IMG/VR virus record: IMGVR_UViG_3300033273_000513
Span: 1-64,000 of that record
From: a virus
Strand: one strand, 5' to 3'
DNA length: 64,000 nucleotides
Part shown: one piece after another, positions 37,800-47,026 of the stretch
Layout of the letters: every line of letters begins with the position of its first letter
How positions within the stretch are numbered: the stretch's first letter is position 1
Made by a program: the position numbers and the translations under genes
The notes under the pieces: model-generated
What the model was told of the DNA's origin: nothing
The model's database searches: none
What the model saw: the letters and a program-made list of their open reading frames with translations, nothing else

Positions 37800-39964
37800 T
37801 GGCATTTACTAAAATTACGAACGCTGGTTTTGGTCTGACGACTGGAACCTTAGTTGGTGTAGCAGCGTCTTTTTCTAGTACTGTCTCGGTTGGTGGTACT
37901 CTGACCTATGAAGATGTAACGAACGTAGATTCGGTAGGTCTGATTACTGCGAGAAATGGTATTGAAGTTACAGATAAAGGTGTTCAGGTAGGAACTGGTG
38001 CGACTGTAGATAGTGCTGGCGATAATATTCTGACGTTCTTAACGAATGGTAGTGAGAGAGTTCGTGTAACTTCTGATGGTAGAGTTGGAATAAACACAGA
38101 CATGGGTGGAGCTCCTGCATCACTCTACCCATTTTCCGTTTACAGATCAACTGGAACTGGTTATCTTTATACAGAAACTGCTCAATCTGGTGCGAGTGCT
38201 GGACTTAGAGCAAAAGCAGGAACAGCAGACTTTACAATATTCACAACTCAAGGTACAGGTCAATTAGCAATATATGACAACACAAATACCGCAGAAAGAC
38301 TTCGTATAGATTCAAGTGGTCGCTTGATGCTGGGCACGACGACTGAGGGATATAGCAGCGGAGATGATTTAACGATTGCAACGTCAGGTCACACTGGAAT
38401 AACGCTTCGTTCTGGAACAACAAGTGAAGGTGCTGTTTATTTCTCTGATGCGACAAGTGGTGGCGGTGAATATATAGGATCCTTGGTTTATAGCCACAAC
38501 ACAAATAATATGATCTTTACGGCCAATGGTGCCGAAAGGATGCGTATTGCCAGTGATGGTGATGTTGGTGTTGGTCTTGCAAGTCCTAACAGCAGGTTAC
38601 ACGTAAAAGGTGGGAGTGACTCAACTGATAATCTTCTTTTGACTTTACAGTCAAATGGAGTTGCAAATGATGGTTCTTTATCCACAGGACTTAGATTAAT
38701 TAACTCTACTTCTGATTCTTCAATTCATGGTGGAGAAATTAGAGCAATTCGTAGTAGTGCCTCAGCAGCCGCTCTTACTTTTTCTACTTATAACGGAACA
38801 TCAATTGCAGAAGCAGTTCGTATAGATTCAAGTGGTAATTTTGGCGTCGGAACAGCGAGCCCTGGGTACAAGATTGAGGTAACTCAAGGAAGTGGTAATA
38901 GTGTTGCCAGATTTACGGGTGCAAATTCTGCCAACCTTGTTTTCAGAAACGCAACCAGCAATGTATTTGAATTAAATGCAGGCGGCAGCAATGACGAGCT
39001 TTCCTTTGGCACGGCTGGCAATAACGAACGGCTGCGCATTTCAGACACTGGAAAAGTTCAGGTTAGAGGCACTCGTGGTGGATCTTTGCAACCAAGTGAC
39101 AACGATACGCTTGAGTTATATACATCAGCTAGTAACGGCGCTGCCAATACAGGTTCTGGTCTGACTTTCTTTAACAACGACGGCAATGGTTATGAAATAG
39201 GCGGCACCATTCAAGTTGCCAAAGAGAATGGCTCAATTAATAATACAGCTGGATATATGCGTTTCTCGACTAGAGCGAACGCCTCAGATCCAGCTGAGCG
39301 GATGCGGATTACGAGCGGTGGCGAAGTTTTAATAGCTCGGACAAGCGCAAGTATCAGCAATGTCGGTCATTATTTTCTTCCTGGAGGCGCTTTTAACCAC
39401 ACAAGAAGTGGCGATACTGTCGGGGTAATCAACAGACTTGCAAGTGACGGCACATTGATCGGTTTTAGACAAGCCGATAGTCTTGAAGGCAGTATCAGTG
39501 TTTCTGGTTCTACTGTTTCTTACAACGGCGGTCACTTAGCTCGTTGGTCGCAACTTCCCAGCGGTGCAGCACGCACCGAAATTTTGCGTGGCTCTGTACT
39601 AAGTAACCTTGACGAGATGTGTGAGTGGGGTGATGAGAATAATGAACAGTTGAACCGTATGAAGGTAAGTGATGTTGAAGGTGACATCAATGTATCAGGA
39701 GTATTCCAAGCTTGGGATGATGATGACGATACTTACACTAATGACTTTTATTGCGCGATGACGGGTGACTTTGTGATCCGTATTGCTCAGGGAACAACAG
39801 TTGCACGAGGTGATTTACTGATGTCTGCTGGTGATGGTACTGCTAAACCACAAGATGATGATATTGTAAGATCTAAAACTGTTGCTAAGGTGACTAGCAC
39901 CACGGTTTCTGCTACTTACGTTGATGGAAGTTACTGTGTTCCTTGTGTACTGATGGCATGTTGA
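37799..39964 (+). CDS. tail fibre protein
   Basis: Shared GGTLTYEDVTNVDSVG anchor, RIDSSG repeats, C-terminal chaperone-like domain ending YCVPCVLMAC. Confidence 0.8.
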   Translation: MAFTKITNAGFGLTTGTLVGVAASFSSTVSVGGTLTYEDVTNVDSVGLITARNGIEVTDKGVQVGTGATVDSAGDNILTFLTNGSERVRVTSDGRVGINTDMGGAPASLYPFSVYRSTGTGYLYTETAQSGASAGLRAKAGTADFTIFTTQGTGQLAIYDNTNTAERLRIDSSGRLMLGTTTEGYSSGDDLTIATSGHTGITLRSGTTSEGAVYFSDATSGGGEYIGSLVYSHNTNNMIFTANGAERMRIASDGDVGVGLASPNSRLHVKGGSDSTDNLLLTLQSNGVANDGSLSTGLRLINSTSDSSIHGGEIRAIRSSASAAALTFSTYNGTSIAEAVRIDSSGNFGVGTASPGYKIEVTQGSGNSVARFTGANSANLVFRNATSNVFELNAGGSNDELSFGTAGNNERLRISDTGKVQVRGTRGGSLQPSDNDTLELYTSASNGAANTGSGLTFFNNDGNGYEIGGTIQVAKENGSINNTAGYMRFSTRANASDPAERMRITSGGEVLIARTSASISNVGHYFLPGGAFNHTRSGDTVGVINRLASDGTLIGFRQADSLEGSISVSGSTVSYNGGHLARWSQLPSGAARTEILRGSVLSNLDEMCEWGDENNEQLNRMKVSDVEGDINVSGVFQAWDDDDDTYTNDFYCAMTGDFVIRIAQGTTVARGDLLMSAGDGTAKPQDDDIVRSKTVAKVTSTTVSATYVDGSYCVPCVLMAC

Positions 39965-40000
39965 TAAATAACTAGAAACATCGGGGGATAGTGAACCCAA

Positions 40001-40678
40001 ATGCCATACATCGGTCGCGACCTAACGCAAGGTAATTATATCAAGATTGATGACTTACAGTCATCTTTTAATGGTACGACTAAGACATTCAATCTGACCA
40101 CTGGTGGTAATGCATTTACACCAGGATCAGCGAATGCTTTGTTAGTATCTTTGGGTGGTGTTATTCAAGAACCAATCGAATCGTATACGGTCACAAATGA
40201 CCAGATTACGTTCTCAAATCCACCCACAGCTTCTACTTCTATCTTTATCATTGCACTCGGTGCTGCAGTCAGTATCGGTACACCTGCTGAAGGAACAGTT
40301 ACTGCAACCAAGTTAGCAGATCCTTTTGGCACATATTCTGGTGTCGGTGGATTCACGATGACAGGTATCATCAGTGCTACCGAGATTCGTGGTGATGGTA
40401 GATTCCTGACTGGTGTATCTGCTGGTAAGTTTGTCACAGAAACCGCAGGCATCGTCACAAATACTTCTGTAGGTATCAATACATCTACAGTTGATGACAA
40501 CGACCTCACAGGGATTGGCAACTCCTTCCAGGGTCTTTATATCTCTAATGGCATGGTTATCCATGACAATAGATTGAATGGTGCTCATTACATTGGCACT
40601 GCTTTCAATGGTCTTATGGCTGGGCCAGTCACTATCGGTGGAACATTGACCATCGATGGCAACTATGTTGTGGTCTAA
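40001..40678 (+). CDS. tail fibre-associated structural protein
   Basis: MPYIG start; FNGTTKTFNL..LGGVIQEP..ITFSNPP. Confidence 0.7.
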   Translation: MPYIGRDLTQGNYIKIDDLQSSFNGTTKTFNLTTGGNAFTPGSANALLVSLGGVIQEPIESYTVTNDQITFSNPPTASTSIFIIALGAAVSIGTPAEGTVTATKLADPFGTYSGVGGFTMTGIISATEIRGDGRFLTGVSAGKFVTETAGIVTNTSVGINTSTVDDNDLTGIGNSFQGLYISNGMVIHDNRLNGAHYIGTAFNGLMAGPVTIGGTLTIDGNYVVV

Positions 40679-40710
40679 ATATTTAAAACTAGGGGGAGAG
40701 TGAACCCGAG

Positions 40711-41886
40711 ATGACTATCATCAATCAGAAAAGTATATCTGGTATTACAAGTATCACGTTTGCGTCAGCAGGCGATGACTTGTTAACGTTCCACAGTAAT
40801 AATGGAACGGAAAGATTCCGTATTGATAATAGTGGCAACACTAAAATTACTGCTGGTATTGTTACAACACTGACTGTCACTGGCACTACCACATTAAATG
40901 GTAATTTAGACCTTCAAGATAATGATAAGATCTTGATTGGTACAGGTGATGACTTAGAGATTTATCATGATGGTAGTCATTCATACATTGATGATTCTGG
41001 CACTGGAGATCTAAGAATTCGTTCAAATAACGTCAGATTTGATAAGTATACTGGTGAAACAATAGCACAGTTTATTGGAGATGGACGTGTTGAATTATAT
41101 TATGACAACTCGAAGAAACTCGAAACCAAATCAGACGGCGTAGACATCACTGGCGAGTTGCAATGCGACAGCTTGGATGTTGATGGTGCGGGAAATATTT
41201 CTGGAATTCTCAACCTAGGCAACAACCTGGATATGCCTGACAGTACCAAAGTTATCCTTGGCAATGGCGACGACCTGCAAATTTATCACGACGGCACGCA
41301 CAGTTACATTAAAGACGGTGGAACAGGAAACTTAAAAGTTCTATCCTCAAGTATGGTAGTCAAAAATGCAGCTGATAGTGAAATCATGTTGCAGGCTACT
41401 CAAAATGGTTCTGTAGATCTTTATTACGATAACTCCAAGAAATTTGAAACATTAACCAATGGAGTCAGAGCACAAGGTGGTATCTTATTTGGGTCAGACA
41501 CAGCTAATGCAAACGCTCTTGATGATTATGAAGAGGGCACTTGGACGCCTACTGTAACTTCTTCTGGTAGCGTTACAGGCGAAGACGCAAAATATACAAA
41601 GATTGGCAATTTAGTGCATGTTTACGGAAAACTAAGCAGTTTTACTAATAGATCATCTAGCAATACCATCGTGATAAGTGGCTTGCCTTATACAGCTTCA
41701 ACTAATCAATCTGGTGGATCTATGTTCGCTCGATACTCAGACAGAACTGCATACACAGTTTATGTTTACAGCAACAAGATAGAGTTTTATTCGATCGGCT
41801 CTGGTAATTTTACATCTTTGCAGCATTTACATCTTAATAATGATAACGCTGCAATATATTTCCAAGCCACTTATAACGTGGCTTAA
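40711..41886 (+). CDS. tail fibre protein
   Basis: Duplicated GDDLxIYHDG..VxLYYDNSKK module; LDDYEEGTWTP..YTKIGNLV C-terminal domain. Confidence 0.75.
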   Translation: MTIINQKSISGITSITFASAGDDLLTFHSNNGTERFRIDNSGNTKITAGIVTTLTVTGTTTLNGNLDLQDNDKILIGTGDDLEIYHDGSHSYIDDSGTGDLRIRSNNVRFDKYTGETIAQFIGDGRVELYYDNSKKLETKSDGVDITGELQCDSLDVDGAGNISGILNLGNNLDMPDSTKVILGNGDDLQIYHDGTHSYIKDGGTGNLKVLSSSMVVKNAADSEIMLQATQNGSVDLYYDNSKKFETLTNGVRAQGGILFGSDTANANALDDYEEGTWTPTVTSSGSVTGEDAKYTKIGNLVHVYGKLSSFTNRSSSNTIVISGLPYTASTNQSGGSMFARYSDRTAYTVYVYSNKIEFYSIGSGNFTSLQHLHLNNDNAAIYFQATYNVA

Positions 41887-41939
41887 GCCCGCAACATAAA
41901 TAATACGCCTAAACCTGTTTAATTCGGAGGATTATCCTA

Positions 41940-42242
41940 ATGGCACTTACTGAAAGAAACGAAAACGACAAGATTGAAGTCGTTGGTCAATACAAAGCAG
42001 TCCAAGTTCGTAGAGCAACTGTCATCGAAAAAGATGGTGTAGAACTCACCCGTTCATTCCATCGTCATGTTCTTCATCCTGGCACACTGGATGAGAATGA
42101 TGCTCTGGTAGACACTGACCTATCTGGAGAGGATGCTGATGTTCAAGCAATCTGCAATGCTGCATGGACTGATGCAGTTAAAGAATCATGGCGTGTAAAA
42201 CTTGTGAATGATATGGTGGATGCAGGTATCGCTACTGCCTGA
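41940..42242 (+). CDS. tail fibre-associated small protein
   Basis: GGAGG RBS; VQVRRATVIEKDG..SFHRHV motif. Confidence 0.65.
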   Translation: MALTERNENDKIEVVGQYKAVQVRRATVIEKDGVELTRSFHRHVLHPGTLDENDALVDTDLSGEDADVQAICNAAWTDAVKESWRVKLVNDMVDAGIATA

Positions 42243-42277
42243 TAAATAACTAAAACAAAGGGGGATAGTGAACCCAA

Positions 42278-43744
42278 ATGGCTTCAGAAATTAGAGTCAA
42301 TAAAATAAACAGTCGCACTGGTGTGGGGACAATTACACTGTCTCCCACTGGTGTAGATTTTACTGGTATTGCAACAGTTGCAACGTTAAAAGCAACTACA
42401 GGTATCGTTACAACACTGACAGCAACTACAGGTATTGTCACGACATTAACAGTTGACACAACTAGAACCACCACTGGTATTGTTACGACACTGACAGCTG
42501 ATACTTCTAGAATTACCACTGGTATTGTTACGACACTGACAGCGGACACAGCTAAAGTTGGTGCTGCAGTTACCATCTCTGAATCAGGAATGGAGGTAAC
42601 TGGTGTTACCACAGTCACAAGTTCTATTAACATTGGTTCAGCAACTACAATCAGTTCTAGTAGTCTTGAAGTAAATGGAGTTCAATATCCGACTGCTGGT
42701 GCGTTGAGTAATCGCAACCTGATTATCAATGGTGCGATGCAAGTGGCGCAGCGTGGAACGAGTCAGACTGGAGTTACTTCTACGACCTATGCCGGTCCAG
42801 ATCGTTTTCAGCAAATACTTAGTTCGGCTGGAACTTGGACTATTAGCCAAAGTACAGAAGCGCCCGAAGGTTTTTCGACTTCGTTAAAACTAGACTGCAC
42901 TACAGCCAAAGCCAGTTTGTCGGCCAGTAATTTGTACCTTTTAGGACAAAAAATTGAAGGCTTTAATGTTCAACATTTAGATTACAATACTTCCAACGCA
43001 AAAACAACGACCCTTAGTTTTTGGGTCCGATCTAACAAAACGGGGACGTATGTTCTCGAAGTCACCTCTAGCACCTCTACTCGCAAAATATCGCAAACTT
43101 ATACTATTAACTCAGCCAATACCTGGGAAAAAAAGACGCTTCAGATACCTGGAGATACGGGTGGCTCCCTTCCAAATACAAACGCTGCTGAGTTTAATGT
43201 GTATTGGTGGGTGGCCGCTGGCACTAATTACACAAGTGGAACGTTAAACACCAACTGGGGAACACCAGCAGACACTAATAGGGCAGTCGGTCAAACAGTA
43301 AATCTTGCCGACAGCACTAGCAATGATTTTTATCTAACTGGCGTCCAACTAGAAGTTGGCGAAAAGGCGACACCGTTTGAGCACAGAAATTATGGCGATG
43401 AGCTTGCTAGGTGTCAAAGATATTACTATCGAGTCAACTCCCAAACTTCCTACAATCCATACGGCTTTGGCTCGAATAGTACCACGAGTGCTGGTCAAGC
43501 GATTGTTCAACATCCAGTCGAAATGAGAGTGGTTCCAAGCTCTTTGGATTATTCTAATCTTGCTTCTACAGTTCTTGGTGTTAGTGACGTTTTAATTACG
43601 TCAGCTGCGCTTCTTGCCGTTGGAAACGGTAAACTTATGTCAACTATAAGTACTTCCTCAAGTGGTGCTTTTACAACAGGGTTTTTTACTTTAACGGCCA
43701 AACAAACAACTTCTTCATACATTGGCTTTAGTGCGGAGCTTTGA
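42278..43744 (+). CDS. tail fibre with carbohydrate-binding-like domain
   Basis: TTGIVTTLT repeats; NRNLIINGAMQVAQRG..GVQLEVG..ELARCQRYY. Confidence 0.78.
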   Translation: MASEIRVNKINSRTGVGTITLSPTGVDFTGIATVATLKATTGIVTTLTATTGIVTTLTVDTTRTTTGIVTTLTADTSRITTGIVTTLTADTAKVGAAVTISESGMEVTGVTTVTSSINIGSATTISSSSLEVNGVQYPTAGALSNRNLIINGAMQVAQRGTSQTGVTSTTYAGPDRFQQILSSAGTWTISQSTEAPEGFSTSLKLDCTTAKASLSASNLYLLGQKIEGFNVQHLDYNTSNAKTTTLSFWVRSNKTGTYVLEVTSSTSTRKISQTYTINSANTWEKKTLQIPGDTGGSLPNTNAAEFNVYWWVAAGTNYTSGTLNTNWGTPADTNRAVGQTVNLADSTSNDFYLTGVQLEVGEKATPFEHRNYGDELARCQRYYYRVNSQTSYNPYGFGSNSTTSAGQAIVQHPVEMRVVPSSLDYSNLASTVLGVSDVLITSAALLAVGNGKLMSTISTSSSGAFTTGFFTLTAKQTTSSYIGFSAEL

Positions 43745-43746
43745 TC

Positions 43747-43914
43747 ATGTACCGAATTTTCACGACAATTTCCAACGGTGTTGAGCTGACCAGCATTATT
43801 AGGGACAACGGCAACAATCAGTACACTTCTTTCCCTGCGGACCCCGACAACCGCCACTACCAAGAATACCTTGAGTGGCTTGCTGAAGGTAACACACCTG
43901 ATCCTGCTGAATAA
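43747..43914 (+). CDS. small tail fibre assembly-type protein
   Basis: FPADPDNRHYQEYLEWLAEGNTPDPAE; 55 aa, absent from the ORF track. Confidence 0.7.
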   Translation: MYRIFTTISNGVELTSIIRDNGNNQYTSFPADPDNRHYQEYLEWLAEGNTPDPAE

Positions 43915-44070
43915 CTACGAGAAATCTACTCTTAATGTAATTTCTTTGCATCCATTCCTACGAATGTGATGTTCCCAGTTCAATGCATCACGTTCATCAT
44001 AAAAGGTTGCTACTTGTTGTGAGTAGTAACCTTTTTTCTTTGGTTTCATGTAACTGACTTTGAACTTCAT
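43915..44070 (-). CDS. small hypothetical protein (MKFKVSYMKPKKKGYYSQQVATFYD...)
   Basis: 51-aa ORF with upstream minus-strand promoter TTGACA-N17-TAGGAT (about 44103-44131). Confidence 0.6.
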   Translation of the reverse strand: MKFKVSYMKPKKKGYYSQQVATFYDERDALNWEHHIRRNGCKEITLRVDFS

Positions 44071-44185
44071 AGAGCTGGTTTCTATCAACCGTAACAGAGT
44101 TGATCCTACTCATGGAACAGAGTCCTGTCAAGCCCCTTGCCAAGAGTTGCCAGGGGTGATACCTTAGATGAAGTCGCGTTCCTTT

Positions 44186-44320
44186 ATGACAGCGAAAGAA
44201 AAACTAGTCTTCGTTTCATCTTTTGTTTGGTTTCTTCACTGGGGCACATGTCTTACATCACTCATGATGGATACGGTTATTCTAAAAAACTCTGCGAGGA
44301 TGCTACCTCTTGGTTTTTGA
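44186..44320 (+). CDS. small hydrophobic protein overlapping the next gene
   Basis: MTAKEKLVFVSSFVWFLHWG..; first ATG after promoter TTGCCA-N17-TACCTT. Confidence 0.4.
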   Translation: MTAKEKLVFVSSFVWFLHWGTCLTSLMMDTVILKNSARMLPLGF

Positions 44321-44661
44321 GAACGTATTTTCCACGTCACAAGATTTCAGTCGAGATTGAACACAAGGGACTGAAACGTGAAAAGGTTGTAGGTTACTGT
44401 GATGTTGTGGGTGAATGTTATCGTCCCCGACACTTTCTGATCGAACTGCAAGCAAACATGGATCGAGAGTTGTATCTCATCACTCTATTTCATGAGTTGA
44501 CACATGTTGCTCAGTGGATTCGTGGTGACTTGCGACATCGTTATGGTAAGTTGTGTTATTCTCTAGAACCTGTGGAGAAGTATGAGTATGAGAATCAACC
44601 ACACGAAGTTGAAGCTCACAAGATGGAAAGTGTATTGTTTCGTGAATATGAACTACGGTGA
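44248..44661 (+). CDS. putative zinc metalloprotease (HEXXH)
   Basis: TLFHELTHVAQW...QPHEVEA. Confidence 0.65.
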   Translation: MSYITHDGYGYSKKLCEDATSWFLRTYFPRHKISVEIEHKGLKREKVVGYCDVVGECYRPRHFLIELQANMDRELYLITLFHELTHVAQWIRGDLRHRYGKLCYSLEPVEKYEYENQPHEVEAHKMESVLFREYELR

Positions 44662-44662
44662 G

Positions 44663-44911
44663 ATGAACCGATGGGATAGTATTTTAGATCCCAAACCTTG
44701 TACCAGACCTTATGTTACTAACAATGGAATGTGGGCTGCCATTCCTATCTCCAACTCCAAGAAGTTAGTCATCATACATAATGGACAACGCATCAAAGTT
44801 TCCAAAAACTACACGAGTGCAAGAAACTACATCGACAAACAGGTGAAGAATGAAAAGAGTAGAAAGACATCGATACAAAGAAAAAAAAGTGTTCGAGACA
44901 AGAACTCTTGA
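44663..44911 (+). CDS. hypothetical protein
   Basis: WAAIP..IIHNG motif; in operon. Confidence 0.55.
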   Translation: MNRWDSILDPKPCTRPYVTNNGMWAAIPISNSKKLVIIHNGQRIKVSKNYTSARNYIDKQVKNEKSRKTSIQRKKSVRDKNS

Positions 44912-45350
44912 GTTTGAACCATATCCAATGTCAGAGATTGACACGGTGATGAAACTTATCCGTGACAATCTCTCACCTGATTTGTTGGGTGGTCGTAAAT
45001 CTTTGATGTATCCTAAAGACACACTCACCAACAAATACTACGGTCATTGTTATCATTCATCACAAGCTTTGTTTTACTTGATGGACACTGATTGTTTAGT
45101 GCCTATGTCGGGTGAAGATTATCGTGGTGAGAAACACTGGTGGTTGCAAGATAATGAGACTGTATATGATTGTACAGGTGAACAATACTGGTCAGTAAAT
45201 CAGAATCCTCCTTATGATGTGGGAAAGAAAACTGCATGGTATGGCTGGAAAGGTAGACCACAACAAGTTTCATTAAATCTAATGATTCGTGTTCTGGGTG
45301 ACAGATTGAAATCTGACACAGTTGCCAAACCAAACGAGATGTGTGTATAA
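44850..45350 (+). CDS. hypothetical protein, possible Cys-His-Asp catalytic fold
   Basis: GHCYHSSQAL..HWWL..YDCTGEQY. Confidence 0.6.
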   Translation: MKRVERHRYKEKKVFETRTLEFEPYPMSEIDTVMKLIRDNLSPDLLGGRKSLMYPKDTLTNKYYGHCYHSSQALFYLMDTDCLVPMSGEDYRGEKHWWLQDNETVYDCTGEQYWSVNQNPPYDVGKKTAWYGWKGRPQQVSLNLMIRVLGDRLKSDTVAKPNEMCV

Positions 45351-45379
45351 TGTGAGAGTTCTAAGGTTGCTGAACAATC

Positions 45380-46303
45380 ATGCATAATACAAACGATGTT
45401 CATGTGGACATTCTTGGATTCAATCCAATCACGGATGAAATCCGAGTTTTCAGACATAATGTGACTCCAGATATGGCACGTCACATCCTTAATCATCTGA
45501 ACAAAGACAACCGTAAGATGATTAAGTCTCAAGTCAACAAGATTGCTAAGAGCATTCGTGTTGACGGTTGGATGGAAGATGGCCAACCTCTTACCTTTAA
45601 CAAAGAAGGTAACATCACCGAGGCACAACACCGTCTCGAAGCTATCATCATGGAAGATGTAACGGTTCCCATGGTGATTGTTCTTGGAGTTGACACTGGA
45701 TGTTTCACAAAGTGTGCTCCTGCTAAACCACGTCGTGCCGAAGACGAGATTCAACGTAAAGATAAGAGTGCTACTCCTAGTGAAGTGAGCACCCTTCGTC
45801 AACTTCTTGTCCGTCGTCAAGGTGTCAAACTGAATATTCAGAATGCCATCGAACAGTGGAATCACTGGCGTTTGACTATTCGTGAGGGTCGTAAGTTGGT
45901 CGATGATTTCTTCGACAACGTTGATGATTACAACCCCTGGGAACGCACTTTTGCTGCCTGGGCTTCCCTGATGGTATCTGTAGGTCAGGAAGATATTGCT
46001 GAGACTTTTATGTCACTCCTTCAATCTGAAGTATTGGATGATGAAAGTGCCTGTCGTCTCACTAAAGACTTCCGTGAGTTCTTTGAGAAGCATTCTACTT
46101 ACATGAGTAATGCTGGTCGCACTGAGTTTGTTTACAAACTTCTCTGTTTATGTGCAGACCGTCTGATGAAGAAACCTAACGGAGATATTGAGTTAGATCT
46201 CACACTGGATAAACTGGACCATGATAAACTCAGCAAACGTGGGTTTTATCGTAAGTTCCTAGAGAATCCAGACAACCTCACCGAAGCGACACTGACAATC
46301 TAA
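45380..46303 (+). CDS. ParB/Srx-like N-terminal domain protein
   Basis: NRK..SQVNKIAKSIRVDGW..GQPLTF..G..EAQHRLEAI (variant of DGQHRL); own promoter TTGCCA-N18-TATAAT. Confidence 0.6.
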   Translation: MHNTNDVHVDILGFNPITDEIRVFRHNVTPDMARHILNHLNKDNRKMIKSQVNKIAKSIRVDGWMEDGQPLTFNKEGNITEAQHRLEAIIMEDVTVPMVIVLGVDTGCFTKCAPAKPRRAEDEIQRKDKSATPSEVSTLRQLLVRRQGVKLNIQNAIEQWNHWRLTIREGRKLVDDFFDNVDDYNPWERTFAAWASLMVSVGQEDIAETFMSLLQSEVLDDESACRLTKDFREFFEKHSTYMSNAGRTEFVYKLLCLCADRLMKKPNGDIELDLTLDKLDHDKLSKRGFYRKFLENPDNLTEATLTI

Positions 46304-46382
46304 TAACTGTCACAGGGGCTCGCCACGGGGGCCCTTTTTTGTGCCATAATACCATTCACGGGGCAGTCTATGCAGGGGTGTA

Positions 46383-46411
46383 TTGACGTAAGTCCCCGAT
46401 TATGGTATAAT
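46383..46411 (+). promoter_or_regulatory. sigma70-type promoter overlapped by late TAAATA
   Basis: TTGACG-N17-TATAAT, followed by AAATA. Confidence 0.65.
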
Positions 46412-46438
46412 AAATAGTAATACCCCTGCAATCTTATA

Positions 46439-46957
46439 ATGGATTACTATATCTACGCATATCTTAGAGAAGACGGAACGCCTTACTATATTGGTAAAGG
46501 TAAGAACAACAGATTGCACGAATATCACACTAAGTATGTTAAACTACCGCCTAGAGACAGAAGAATTGTCTTGAAGCAATTTGACACAGAACAAGAAGCA
46601 TATAATCACGAGATTTATATGATTGATATACTTGGGCGCAAAGATATTGGCACAGGTATTTTAATCGATAGAACGCCTGGGGGAGACAACCCGCCTAAAA
46701 ATAATGTAGCAGGTTGGAATAAAGGTCTTAAAATGAATTTTGGGCCAGAGAGAGGTAAGAAGATATCGAAGGCACTAAAAGGCAAACCAAAGAGTAAAGA
46801 ACACTGCGCCGCTGTGAGTGAAGCAATGAAGGGTAAAACTCCCTGGAATAAGGGTAAGTCAAGGTTTAAGAGTGAAGAAGATAGGATACAACAGAAGAGA
46901 GAATATAATAGATTAAGAGCTAAAAGAATTAGAGACAGTCGCAGAGACAGTCGCTGA
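46439..46957 (+). CDS. GIY-YIG-type homing endonuclease with NUMOD3 motifs
   Basis: YYIYAYLREDGTPYYIGKG..R; KISKALKGKPKSKEH..PWNKG. Confidence 0.8.
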   Translation: MDYYIYAYLREDGTPYYIGKGKNNRLHEYHTKYVKLPPRDRRIVLKQFDTEQEAYNHEIYMIDILGRKDIGTGILIDRTPGGDNPPKNNVAGWNKGLKMNFGPERGKKISKALKGKPKSKEHCAAVSEAMKGKTPWNKGKSRFKSEEDRIQQKREYNRLRAKRIRDSRRDSR

Positions 46958-47026
46958 ACTGGCCCCTACCTATTGACCTAGGTGGGGTCTTATCATATTA
47001 TGGCCATATTGAAGGACGAACGCCAC

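Noticed and set aside
42395-42545. Tandem nucleotide repeats as a regulatory or mobile element
   Set aside because: They are in-frame coding repeats (TTGIVTTLT) of a fibre shaft.
24000-43744. Diversity-generating retroelement or invertase shufflon acting on the fibres
   Set aside because: No reverse transcriptase or recombinase, no adenine-specific TR/VR pair noticed, and all fibre genes are on one strand.
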